From the NCBI RefSeq assembly GCF_006345805.1, contig NW_021835133.1, positions 1-42,217 on the forward strand: DNA of 42,217 nucleotides, written 5' to 3'. This document shows, piece by piece, positions 9,935-22,210 of this stretch; the first letter of the stretch is position 1, and each line of letters starts with the position of its first letter. The stretch comes from Octopus sinensis (lineage: Eukaryota). The notes beneath the pieces are model-generated. The model saw only the letters and a list, made by a program, of their open reading frames with translations, made no database searches and was not told where the DNA came from. Made by a program: the position numbers and the translations under genes.

Positions 9935-10735
9935 AAGATTGGTCCAGGCCATATCTAACTTAATAACACCACCTGATAGGATTATCTAAATCCTGTTTAA
10001 GTCAAGTTTTCTTTATGGTCCATTCAAGTAGTGAGTTGTTGTTGAGTGAGTTGTATCCAGGTATGGGTGGCTTATCCGGTGTTCCTTGAAGAAATCTGTC
10101 CTGACTCCGTTTAAAGGTGATAGGATCCTTTTCCTCTTTGATCGCTTTCGGGACAATGTTAAACAGGGCAGGTCCTGTTGAGGAAAAGAAATTATGTTGC
10201 AGTGTACCTATATGCTGTGATCCTGAATTGAGCAGGGGACATATGGCCCGTGATTCCAGTCTTGGATGAACCTTGAAACTAATGTTCAGGTCGTTTGGGA
10301 AATGCTGGCAGTATATTCTCTACATCGTACAAATGATGTACCGCATCGCGGCGGCGTTGGAGAGAGTAGAGTTTCAAGACTTTAAGGCGGTCCTAATAAT
10401 CAAGATCAGTCATGCCTTCAATTCGTTTTGGGAGTGACCTCTGGGGTGATTCAATACTCGAGATGTTTTGTTTTGTATGGGGAGTATTCGAGGTGTGGTC
10501 GTACAAAGGAGGAGAAAATTGGAATGATGACACCTTGTTCCCTGGACAGGAAGGTTCTTAAGATCCAGGAGCTCATCCTTCGAGCTATATCGACCTTATT
10601 GTTGATGTGGGCACTACAATTGAGATTGTCATCTACAATTACACCCAGGTCTCTGATATTGTCAGATGATGTGAGCGGTTTCCCTGAAGGAAGAGAGTAT
10701 AGACTGTTATCTACAATTACACCCAGGTCTCTGAT
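9935..10735 (-). mobile_element. CR1-like LINE 3' fragment
   Basis: 3' UTR CAGGTGGTG.TATTAAGTTAGA.ATGGCCTGG.CCAAT and the ORF end match the CR1 copy at 32640-32750. Confidence 0.8.
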
Positions 10736-11000
10736 ATAGATAGATAACAGTCAATAATATCGAAGTGGGCGAACTTTGTTCTGTCATTACCGCTGTTGCT
10801 TTTAAACCATGAAGTAACTTTATTAGTTTTACATCACAGAAAGACCAGAGAATATCCTTATGGCATTGTTGATTCTTCTGAACTGGTATTTTCTTATCAG
10901 CTGACTCTTTAGCTTTACAAAGTTTATTAATCGATGCTTGGTGTTTGTTTCTGTTTGTAATCTTTAATTTCTATAAAGACAGGATCGTCCTTTAAATGTA
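10735..11000 (-). pseudogene. Penelope-like RT, N-terminal part (degraded)
   Basis: Minus strand gives PSI(R)LIN..RINNAIR..VTSWFK..KFAHFDIIDCYLSIS, the PLE region ending in the FDIxxFYPSI motif. Confidence 0.7.
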
Positions 11001-11039
11001 CACCTAGCGTAAAGCAATTTTTGTAACTAGTCCCGAACC

Positions 11040-11783
11040 AAAAACACAGAGGCAGGTTGCTCATGTAGAGGTAGATTCACATCCCACTAAACAGTCATTG
11101 TAACACAGAGGCTGTTGTGTAAGAGGCAAAGGTAATATCGAAGAATTCTGGCGGAGAGAGATATGTGGGTGCAACGGAAGGACCCTTCAAGTCTAGAATC
11201 AACAATCACAATTACTCCTTTAAAATCCAGGAAAGACGTAGCGTCTTATTGCCGAAACATATGGCTGTTGAAACAAAACGCTGTCCATTATAACATCAAC
11301 TCGGGATTATTAGAAAAGTGCAGACCTTATCTTGACAGCTGCAGAAAGGGTAGACTTTGTTTGCAAAAATAAATTATATTGAAGAATTCCCTTCACCCAG
11401 GTACTTACCCCAAGTCTAAAAGCGAGATGATCTCCTCTTATCCTCCCGAACGGAAATATATATCATTAGCCAACACTCAGGCTCCTTAAACAGTAATGCC
11501 TGGTTCTTCTCCTATTAGTATTCTTATAATCATAAATAACGAATTTATTCTCCCATAATCATGCTTATACGTGACCACATATTCCCTTAAACATACCCTG
11601 ACCCCGCCTTTGTCTTACTATCTCCTCATCACCCACTCTACATCACTCTTACTCTCTTTCCGTCTCACAGTCATTCAGACAAAAACTGGATTGGACAAAT
11701 ACTACTTTATGACAATGCTTAAAAGACAACAATCTAACGGATATAACGCCGATGTTCTTAAAACGGAGCCTTGTCTTTCTCGA
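11040..11783 (+). pseudogene. Penelope-like GIY-YIG endonuclease plus 3' region (degraded)
   Basis: GCSCR..PLNSHCNTEAVV*EAKV..ERYVGATEGPFKSRINNHNYSFK..IW.LK..RLCL..KSEMISS, matching the PLE Cys linker and GIY-YIG at 37.5-37.9 kb. Confidence 0.75.
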
Positions 11784-11784
11784 C

Positions 11785-11831
<47 letters not shown>

Positions 11832-11854
11832 GATATATATATATATATATATAG

Positions 11855-11900
<46 letters not shown>

Positions 11901-12356
11901 GTAGCATACACTGTTACATAAATCCACAAACAGATGCAACTTGTAACACATACGTAGAAATGTTTATATAAATATATATACATATATACACAAAGTACTG
12001 AGTGAGAAAATTCACATCACTATTATATCATGTGCATCCCCTAAGGAAATACAACATGCACCGAAATTGATCAGCTAATTATTGCATTTGTGATCAGATT
12101 CACTTAACTATCAAAGCAAGATGAAAAGTGTGATGTATACACCTAATAACAATGGTAGTAATGATTTCTGGTTTAGGATGAAGTTCAGTAATCATGAAAG
12201 GAGGGAATTAGTGAACGATATCGAACGTATCAATGGACTTGTATTATATTTTACTGAGATTGATATGAGGGAAGGTAAAGTAATTCTCGGCGGGGTAGCT
12301 GGGATAAGAAAAAGCATTTAGTAATAATAATAATAATAATAATAATGATGATGATG

Positions 12357-12908
12357 ATGCAGTACCAGGCAGTGGCTCTCATGGCTTCTGATCTTAACTG
12401 ATTGGAAATGTTATCATGTACATTGTTTTGTCTTGGTATAAAAGATGGGCTACAGCAAATATTCTGCTCAATACCACAGATTTGCTTGTCAGTTGTTTGA
12501 CCTTAACCAGTTGAGCATGTCCCTTAGTGGCTGACGATATGTGCATCTCTGATCACGAGCAGAAGTAGTGGGGGAGCATCATAGCCATGTGTTGATAGGG
12601 ATTCTTTGGGGTTTGAATAGTTCACCTCTGGAAGCATGGGTGGTTCTTTCAACATCCTTAAACAACCCTTATTCAGGGACCGTTTGAGCGGGATGGGCTA
12701 CTCAACCTGAAGAAAATTCTAACTGGGCCCCACCTGCAAGGTCATGTGCTGTTTATCTTGATATGAGATCACCATGTCGCGCACATATGGTTGTGATGCA
12801 TGTGCCTGGTGTACCTTTATCAGACGGGTAGTCATGATGGGTATACTGGGCTTCGTATAGTTTACCCCAGTGTCACTTTGATGGCATGAACTGCTCTCTC
12901 ACTCAATA
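12357..12908 (+). mobile_element. Non-coding retroelement-like repeat, family E, embedded in AAT/GAT microsatellite
   Basis: Its 3' 165 bp recur almost identically at 18046-18210 and its 5' end recurs at 13090-13130. Followed by (AAT)n. Confidence 0.75.
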
Positions 12909-12924
12909 ATAATAATAATAATAA

Positions 12925-13085
12925 TATCGGTGCCAGTGCTCAACTAATACTTATTTTGTCGACACCGAAAGGATGAAAGGCAAAAATCGACCTCGGCGGA
13001 ATTTGAACTTAGACCGTAAAGGCGGACGATATGCCAGAAAGTATTTTGCCCGCCATGCTAAGTAACGATTCTGCCAGATTGCCAC
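12925..13085 (-). mobile_element. SINE family A
   Basis: Reverse complement of the head and central domain of 6042-6274. Confidence 0.8.
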
Positions 13086-13139
13086 GTCCTGATGCAATAC
13101 CCGGCAGTGGATCTTATGGCTTCTGATTGGAAGACATCT

Positions 13140-13590
<451 letters not shown>

Positions 13591-13801
13591 CATCTACCAT
13601 CATAAAAAAACTTAGTTTCATCATCCACACATCCTTAAGCAACACATGGACTCACCAAACACCTTTTATAACTTTTCCATCCCCAGATCTATTTCGAATA
13701 AGTAATCACATTCTCTGCACCTATCGGGTGGCTGATTCACAAATAAATTCGATAATATCCAACATTTCCCATCTCCGGTTCTCCATGAGAGCTCAAAAAT
13801 A

Positions 13802-13847
13802 GCTGATTGGTCGTAGCCCCTCCATTTCTATAATAGCTATTGGCTGC
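13802..13847. promoter_or_regulatory. Candidate tandem CCAAT (NF-Y) boxes
   Basis: Minus strand GACCAATCAG and AGCCAATAG; ATTGG starts at 13806 and 13839 (33 bp apart) in apparently unique sequence. Confidence 0.3.
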
Positions 13848-14149
13848 GCATCTTTTATACTATCGAGCCGTCATATACAGGTAATGAGTGACTGTACCTA
13901 TACTCTAAGGTACACTCTTCCACGTCCACTGAATAACCAAAATTCTTAAGTACAAATCTTAAGCGTAGTCCTGTCGTAGCTGTGCAGCAGCAGTTCGGGT
14001 AAAAACTCACCCAAAATATTTGGGGAATAGAATCACCATTTTTCCACAAAAAGAAAAAAAGTGATCTAAAAATGTTAGAAATTTGGGAAAAATTCAATTG
14101 GTAGGACATTATGAAGTAAATATTATTCTCAATGTATACTTAATAGCCG

Positions 14150-14532
14150 AGGTCTATTGTCAAATCAAATGTTATTGTTGCACGACAATGTACTCCGTAT
14201 ACGCCCCTCACCGTTGAAACCATTGACAATTTGGATTCCAAGTTGCTGGAATACCCTGCCTACTGTCTAGATCTCACCCTTTCCGACTACCACCCCTTTG
14301 AACCGTTCAAACATCTTTTATGGAGGTCGTCGATTTTCCACGGACAAAGAAGTACAGGAAGTGGTGCATAATTAGCAGCACAGTCAGCTGAAAACATCTT
14401 TCTCTGCTAGAATAAGCAAACTTGTGGACTGCTGCAAGAAACGCATCGAAAAGCAAGGAGACTATGTCGAGAAATGATGTAATTATCCAAACACTGCTTT
14501 TGTCTTAATAAATAACAGAACACTTACCCTCG
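14150..14532 (+). mobile_element. mariner C-terminal fragment with 3' TIR
   Basis: HDN..EYPAYCLDLTLSDYHPF..RRFSTDKEVQEVV..KRIEKQGDYVEK*. Terminus ...TACCCTCG|TA is a CGAGGG-type TIR with TA target. Confidence 0.8.
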
Positions 14533-14859
14533 TATTTGTTTATTCAAGTATATTTGCATGCATGCTGGTGTATATAAGCGTATGAATCTGGAATAAATGC
14601 GGTTGTTTTAACGCAAATTTTATAGTGAGTTACTTCATGAATCATAGAACTGAGAAGTTGCAAAGAAAAATCCATATCTGCTCAAAATTTAGTAACACTG
14701 GATGTTGTTTTGTTGTCTAAACAAGCAAATAAATAAATAAATACATAAATAAGTATATTTCATCACATCGCGTTGCATCAGAAGTGTCGTACATTATATG
14801 TGATAGTCTGCATCGCAAGGCACGCAAGGTGTCTTGACCTTATCTTCTAAGGTAGACTC

Positions 14860-15328
14860 ACACTAACAAATGCCTTGCGAGAAGAATTTGATAGAACGAA
14901 ACGGCACGGAAAGTCCATCATACATATACGTATGTATGTATGTATGTATGTATGTATGTATGTATGTATGTATGTATGTATGTATGTATGTATGTATGTA
15001 TGTATGTATGTATGTATGTATGACTCAAGAGTCATCTTCGTAGTCATAAAGCGAGACAGATGAGTGACAACCTGGCCACTGGTGGTGGAGTTACACACCA
15101 CACTAATCATATCTGTCAGGCATGTGGAAGAGAGTGTAATTCGGCAGGAGGACTTAAACGACATGCAAAGGTACATGAAGCCCAGTTACAACTACAGCCG
15201 GCTATTACCGGTAAAGGTTTTAGTTGCCAATTCTGTACAAGACATTGTAGATCTTTAGCTGGGCTAAAAAGTCACATTCGATCACAGCACCAGTAACAGT
15301 TAAGCTTCGTGCAATGGCCATACTCGAT
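14860..15328 (+). mobile_element. RTE-clade LINE 3' end with tandem C2H2 zinc fingers, split by (TATG)n
   Basis: [51 protein letters not shown]. Finger type matches the C-terminal finger of the RTE at about 42065-42125 (CGCGRRCLSRAGLVSHQNSH). RTE-like 3' end TGGCCATACTCGATAACGAGGGGGCAGCCAT. No TGEKP linkers. Confidence 0.65.
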
Positions 15329-15734
15329 AACGAGGGGGCAGCCATAATGTATGTATGTATGTATGTATGTATGTATGTATGTATGTATGTATGTATGTAT
15401 GTATGTATGTATGTATGTATGTATGTATGTATGCATGCATGGATACATACACACACATGCACACTCATACACAGACACGTATGTTATTGTAGCAATTTAA
15501 TAATTTAAGTTCATATCTTTGAGGGATCAAAGGCTGTGATATCACCTGGGTGTAGTGTGGTTAGAACAGTTATACGGTTTACAGCTGACGAGGCGTTTTC
15601 TGCTTGTCTGTCTGCCTGTCTGTCTGTATGTATGTATGTATGTATGCATGTATGTATGTGTGTGTGTGTAGATGCATATACATATACGTATCATACACAC
15701 ACACACACACGCGCGCATACACACATATATATGG

Positions 15735-15788
<54 letters not shown>

Positions 15789-15810
15789 TCACATATGTGT
15801 GTGTGTGTGT
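15328..15810. repeat. (TATG)n, (TCTG)n, (CA)n and (TA)n microsatellites
   Basis: Directly visible. Confidence 0.9.
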
Positions 15811-16158
15811 TTAATAAATTACTGCAATTACCAGGTGATTAAAATAACAAAGCACACGCCCAACACGAATGACTTACTGAAAATTGAAATGAAAACAATT
15901 AGATGAGGCTACATCGATCATGTACATATTTACACACTGTCTTTAAACCTGTTATTAATCCCCCCTCAACACATACTTAATTCTATTAAATTAAGGTTTA
16001 TTTATGTCATCAATAGCAATACAAACAATGATTATTTTTTTTTTACAAAATCCTGTACATCCTCATTAATGAGCAATAAAAGGGAAATGCATTTATATGA
16101 GCATCTGAGACGTGGATGCATCAATCTTCATAGATATCTTACGCTACATACTGATATA

Positions 16159-17425
16159 TAAGCTTGGTGCAAAAGTTATGTCCAATTTCTAGAAAAAATG
16201 TTTCAGAGCGAATTTATTCATTTTTTAACCTCCTCTTATAGTTTTAAGATATCTCTTGTGTCTAATTTGTACTATTTTCTTTCAGATTATCCAACTTCTG
16301 GCCATAATTCTCAGAAAATTTTACCACCATGTTTGTCCCATCTGAAGATCACATGAGAAATGTTTCACTCTACGAGTTACATAAAGGTGTTAATGCAAGT
16401 GCGGCTGCAAGATCTATTCAGAGCACTTATGGGGATGATGTAGTAGATGAAAGAAGTTGCAGGAGGTGGTTTTCCCGTTTCCGAAGTGGTGATTTCCCTT
16501 TGAAAGAAGAGCCAAATGAGGGTCGTCCCCCCACCCCAAAAAAAAAAAACCTTGATTCCGAAATGTTGGAAGCTCTTGTTTCAGAGAACCCTACCGTTAC
16601 CACCAGGGAATTTGCAGAACAGTTAAACGTGGCCCATACAACCGTGGTACGCCAACTAAAACACATAGAGAAGGTTTCAGTGGCTGGAAAATGGGTTCCT
16701 CATAAGTTGTCTCCAGAGAATCGACAACAGCGTGCTGCTTGTTGTCAATCATTGCTTTCACGACGCTTTCAAGCAAAAGTTTTTGACAGGCTTGTTACAG
16801 GTGATGAGAAGTGGATTCGTTACCATAATGTTAAACGCCGCCGTTCTTGGATCAGTCGAGGAGGACGGCCAGTTTAATAACCGAGAGCAAGACTTCATCC
16901 AAAGAAGATCATGTTGAGTGTATGGTGGGATATTAAAGGAGTAATCCATTATGAACTGTTGGACAACGACCAAGCAATTAAAGCTAATCTTTACTGTGAG
17001 CAACTTCATAGTTTGAAAAGAGTTTTGAGCCAAAAGCAAGCATCCTTGCTTAACAGAAAGGGTGTCATCTTCCATCACGATAATGCTCGTCCTCACGCAG
17101 CTCGACTGACCAAAACTCTCTTGGAAGAACTTGGTTGGGAAATACTACCTAATACTCGATATTCTCCTGACATTGCTCCTTCTGATTACCATTTATTCTG
17201 AACCATTTTGATGGACTTAGATTAACAAGAGATGAGATTGAAAATGAGTTGGATTCATATTTTGGTTCTAAACCTACAGAATTTTACAAGCGAGGCATTT
17301 ATAAGGTTGTTGAAAGATGGAAGAAGGTCATTTAAAGGAATGGAGAGTATGTTAATGAATAAATATTTCCATATTCATTTTTACCTTAGATCTTTAAATC
17401 GGACATTACTTTTGCACCAACGTGA
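16159..17425 (+). mobile_element. Full-length mariner (DD34D) element
   Basis: TIRs T.AGCTTGGTGCAAAAGTTATGTCC and reverse complement TCACGTTGGTGCAAAAGTAATGTCC, of the Hsmar1-type GTTGGTGCAAAAGT class. TA flanks at 16157-16158 and 17426-17427; 1267 bp. Confidence 0.92.
16329..17362 (+). pseudogene. mariner transposase pseudogene
   Basis: HTH, WVPHKL, VTGDEKW, HHDNARPH and YSPDIAPSDYHLF motifs. In-frame TAA TAA near 16875 and a deletion/frameshift near 17200. Confidence 0.92.
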
Positions 17426-17459
17426 TAAAAATGACTGATACAAAGCCATTCACATCGAC

Positions 17460-17770
17460 TCTTCTGTGCCTGGGCCACACATACGCTCTCTTTACTCTTC
17501 TTGTTTTTCTACTGTCACTGCAATGACTTCTACTCCTTACGGTTTGTTGGGATCATGGTTCCGCCATTCAGGTACTCTCGATCCACTCATCTCCCCTTCT
17601 TTTATCACGCATACTATTTCCCAACCGCCAGACCGCACACTAGCCACTACATCCGATCCTTCGTACACAACGTCGCACTCTTCAAATTCTCATCCTGCAT
17701 GCACACCCTTCCTGTTGTTGTTAACTTACAATAGTTTAAGCAGTGTGTCAACGACATCTATCTTATCGGT
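17460..17770 (+). mobile_element. Old CR1/L2/Jockey-group LINE 3' remnant
   Basis: MVPPFRYSRSTH..PTARPHTSHYIRSFVH..TLPVVVNLQ*FKQCVN resembles the C-terminus of ORF2 in this LINE group. Confidence 0.45.
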
Positions 17771-17819
17771 CTCGAAAGACTTTTAATTGCTTTGGACACT
17801 GCCCCTTACTCTTCACCTA

Positions 17820-17877
17820 GATAATAATAATAATAATAATAATAATGATGATGATGATGATGATGATGATGATAATA

Positions 17878-17944
<67 letters not shown>

Positions 17945-17949
17945 GAATA

Positions 17950-17980
<31 letters not shown>

Positions 17981-17985
17981 TAATG

Positions 17986-18022
<37 letters not shown>

Positions 18023-18212
18023 TGATGATAATGATGATGATGATGAGGTCATGTGCTGTTTATCTTGATATGAGATCACCATGTCGCGCACATATGGTTG
18101 TGATGCATGTGCCTGGTGTACCTTTATCAGACGGGTAGTCATGATGGGTATATTGGGTTTCGTATATTTTACCCCAGTGTCACTTTGATGGCATGAACTG
18201 CTCTCTCACTCA

Positions 18213-18283
<71 letters not shown>

Positions 18284-18385
18284 GATAATTATAATAATAA
18301 TAATAATGATGATGATGATGATAATAATAATGATAATAATAATAATAATAATATAATAATACTAATAATAATGATAATAATGATA

Positions 18386-18479
<94 letters not shown>

Positions 18480-18502
18480 TAATAATAATAGTAATAATAA
18501 TA
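17820..18502. repeat. (AAT)n/(GAT)n microsatellite interrupted by a family E fragment
   Basis: Directly visible; source of the poly-N/D/I/L ORFs. Confidence 0.95.
18046..18210 (+). mobile_element. Family E repeat, 5'-truncated copy
   Basis: Near-identical to 12740-12905. Confidence 0.85.
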
Positions 18503-19280
<778 letters not shown>

Positions 19281-19284
<4 letters not shown>

Positions 19285-19545
19285 CGGCAAGCTGTAACAC
19301 TTCTCTAAAACCATTTCAAAAGTTAAGTGAAATACTAAGACCTTGATATAGAAGATTTAAAGATGTGAGATCCAAGAAGCGTAACTGTATGTGTAGTAAT
19401 CGGAACTTTGAAAATGATACCAGATGGTACTCTTGAACACTGTGATCTAATGTCAGGAAACTCGAAAGTATCAGAACTACAAAAAATTTTTCTCATAGGT
19501 ACAGGCTACATCCTAAGAAAAACAGTCAGCTTCAGAATATCTAAA
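19281..19545 (+). mobile_element. Older R4/Dong-like 3' fragment
   Basis: IPASCNTSLK.FQKLS..DL.IE..KM...V.VVIGTLKMI...LQKIFLIGTGYILRK is collinear with the C-terminus of 18517-18930. Confidence 0.7.
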
Positions 19546-19789
19546 TCTTTTAAACTCTTCCAAATCGTAAATATTACAACAAACTTTGAACGAAATCTTA
19601 ATTCTCAGTATCTGATCTCCGTTCCTTGAAATATAATCATTGCTATTCGTAAATAACAAACGCAGTAAAACGTCAAAATTGCTGTTTCGTGATGTCTCTG
19701 GATGAGACATGGAACAGCTAGTATAAAACTAAGTAACCACAGCACCAACAGTAACAATAAAATATGATACGACAGTCGTAAGATAAAAA

Positions 19790-20040
19790 AAAATGTCATA
19801 AGCAGGAAGTAACCGATACTCTTTTACTGGGCATTAATCATTGGATAGTGAGGATGCAAAGATACCTCCTTCAAAGTTATGTTCGATTACATCGATCCCA
19901 GCAAATATGTTATTGCCATAGAAATGAGGAAGTAAAATTGGACATGATCAGGATTTGAACTTAGAACTTGAAGAAACATACCTAAGCCCTGTAAAGGAGT
20001 TATTTTGTTCGACGCACTACTTTCCATACAGAAACGTAGA
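19790..20040 (-). mobile_element. Degraded SINE family A
   Basis: TACATCGATCCCAGC..GAAATGAGGAAGTAAAATTGGAC..GGATTTGAACTTAGAAC is a decayed reverse complement of the family A core. Confidence 0.5.
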
Positions 20041-20980
20041 GCATACTAGTGTCGGGTTAAATATTTGAATGTCATCTTCGCTTCCACTTTCTCTCTTCAT
20101 CGGTCAGTTTTGCGCTCAGATTTCACCAAATTAGGATAAAATTAGTCACAAATAATTAACAAGGCGTTGAAATTGGAAGAAATCAGTTTTCATTTCAATT
20201 CGATGCAAAATTTTACTTTTTAGTCCTTGGTACGAAATTACGATTTTAGGCACGATGGATAATGATCAGCTCAGTAGGAGTAATGTGGGACCTAGAATTG
20301 GAGGCGTGAGCTCACGTCTGAGTTGATGATCCGCTCTGATCATATTTGGTGTCATTGGCTTCTAAACAGAGACGTGCACTTGTATGTACAATTAATTGTA
20401 ATTATAAGACACTGATATCAGCGTAAATGTTTTAAGATCAGGTTAATTTAGAAATAATTATAAAAGCTTAAAACGAATTTAAATGATACTATAAAGTAGT
20501 TTGATATACTCTAGACCTTGTGTTTTTATTTTTACAAGTCTTGAGTTTCACATTAAATGTGTCTGTCGGCTATCACGGGTGAATGTCATGTGAATCTGGA
20601 AACCCTGGCATTCTTATAGAAGCTGGAATTACTAAGAGCCAGTCAAATACCCCACGCTATCTGAAGTAGAGATGGCCTTTGAAAATTGGGTTGCCTTACT
20701 CTAATCAGTGGTATCTACCATTTTCGGTTACTCACAAATACCATCAACTCATGTTCATATTTATACTGCCAGATATGAACGAAATGTTCAAACTCATGAC
20801 TACCTGTTCGAAACTACTGGGATCTCTATCCACGTTTTTCGTCTTAAATACACTATGTGGCTTCACCAGAAATTTAGAATCTCTCTCACGTGTCATTCAG
20901 GAAGAATTTCAAGTAGAATACTAGGTGATAACTTGAAGCAGTCATTGTATTTCACCTATCTCTATTTATCATGCAAATGG

Positions 20981-21090
<110 letters not shown>

Positions 21091-21319
21091 GTAAATAAAG
21101 AGTGAAAGTATTCAGTAGTGCGATTAGTGTTATTTAAAAAGTGTGAATATGCGCCGATAAAATGATTATAAATGTTTCCAAGTCAACTGAAATTAATATT
21201 TGTACATTTGACACAAACTTTTTAAGCACTTCGAAATAAAACGGATAAATTTTCTTTAAATTTTGTGTAGTTACGAGTCTTTGATGACTTGAAGATTGGG
21301 AAAAGGTCTTTAAAATTCA

Positions 21320-21633
21320 TATTGTTGTTGTTTGTTCCTTCTCGAGCCATGCCTGGCTCATAAGAGCAGGTCTCCCGATTTCCTTGGCGTATAGGTTCTC
21401 CCCTCCTGGACGGGACACCGGTCCGTCGCAGGTGAGCTGCAAGATGCAGGAGGAAAGAGTGAGCGAAAGTTGTGGCGAAAGAGTCAACAGAAGTTCGCCA
21501 TTACCTTCTGTCGGAGCTACGTGGAGTTTAGGTGTTTCGCTCATAAATACACACATAACCCGGTCTGAGATTTGAACCCGCGATCCCTCGACCGCAAGTC
21601 CGCTGCTCTAACCACAAAGCCATGTGCCTCCAC
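21320..21633 (-). mobile_element. tRNA-derived SINE, family D
   Basis: Minus-strand head GTGGAGGCACATGGCTTTGTGGTTAGAGCAGCGGACTTGCGGTCGAGGGATCGCGGGTTCAAATC (A and B boxes) and an (AAC)n tail. Confidence 0.85.
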
Positions 21634-21719
21634 TTATAATGCATATACCGTAGAAAAAATACCGCCCACTGGGTAGTATTTCTGCTAGTAATAATAAAAA
21701 CCGCTTTCTACTATTGACA

Positions 21720-21922
21720 CAAAGCCTGAAATTTTAGAGAAAGGAACCTAGTTGATTACACCAACCTCAAAACGCAATTTGTATTAATTTTATCGATCCT
21801 GAAAGGATGAATGACGAAATAGATCTCGCATGAATTTGAACCCAGAACGCAAAGAGCTTGAAGATATGCCGCTAAACATTTTTGTCCGTCGTGCTAACGA
21901 ATCTGCCCGATCCGCCACCTTA
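21720..21922 (-). mobile_element. SINE family A (diverged)
   Basis: Reverse complement of the AAGGTGGCGGATCGGGCAGA head and the TTTCATCCTTTCAGGATCGATAAAA core. Confidence 0.75.
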
Positions 21923-21925
21923 GTG

Positions 21926-22210
21926 GTGAATTCATCTACGAAGCAATTGCCCCAGTTCCCCTTCAGGATTGGCGAAAGCGATGTGGTGGACAACGAAAAA
22001 CCTGGCTGATGACAATCAAGGCTGATCTGGAACTCAACCTAGGCCCCCATATCTACAGCGTTCGCCGCTGGAATAAGGAGTGGTTGGAGATCACGCGGTC
22101 GTTAGCCTCAAATCGCCAGTCTGGTCGGCGTTTGTGAGAGATGCAACATTGAGGATGAATGAAGCCAGCTCAACCCACCCCGGGTGAATGCTCTCTCAAG
22201 TCAAGTCAAA
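21926..22210 (+). mobile_element. RTE-clade LINE 3' end
   Basis: YEAIAPVPLQDWRKRCGGQRKTWLMTIKADLE..SNRQ.W.AFVRDA; (TCAAG)n tail; possible TSD TTAGTG at 21920-21925 and 22212-22217. Confidence 0.8.

Noticed and set aside
14520-14534. Strong minus-strand splice donor GAGG|GTAAGT
   Set aside because: It is the mariner TIR terminus (TA|CGAGGG).
15060-15296. Host C2H2-ZNF gene of the octopus expansion
   Set aside because: No TGEKP linkers or splice acceptor, an RTE-type finger sequence and an RTE-like 3' end; recorded as LINE-derived instead.
20265-20345. C/D snoRNA or pre-miRNA-like segment (ATCAGCTCAG...CTGAGTTGAT, TGATGA, CTGA)
   Set aside because: The C-like and D-like boxes are only about 7 nt apart and the stem is short with a large unpaired interior.
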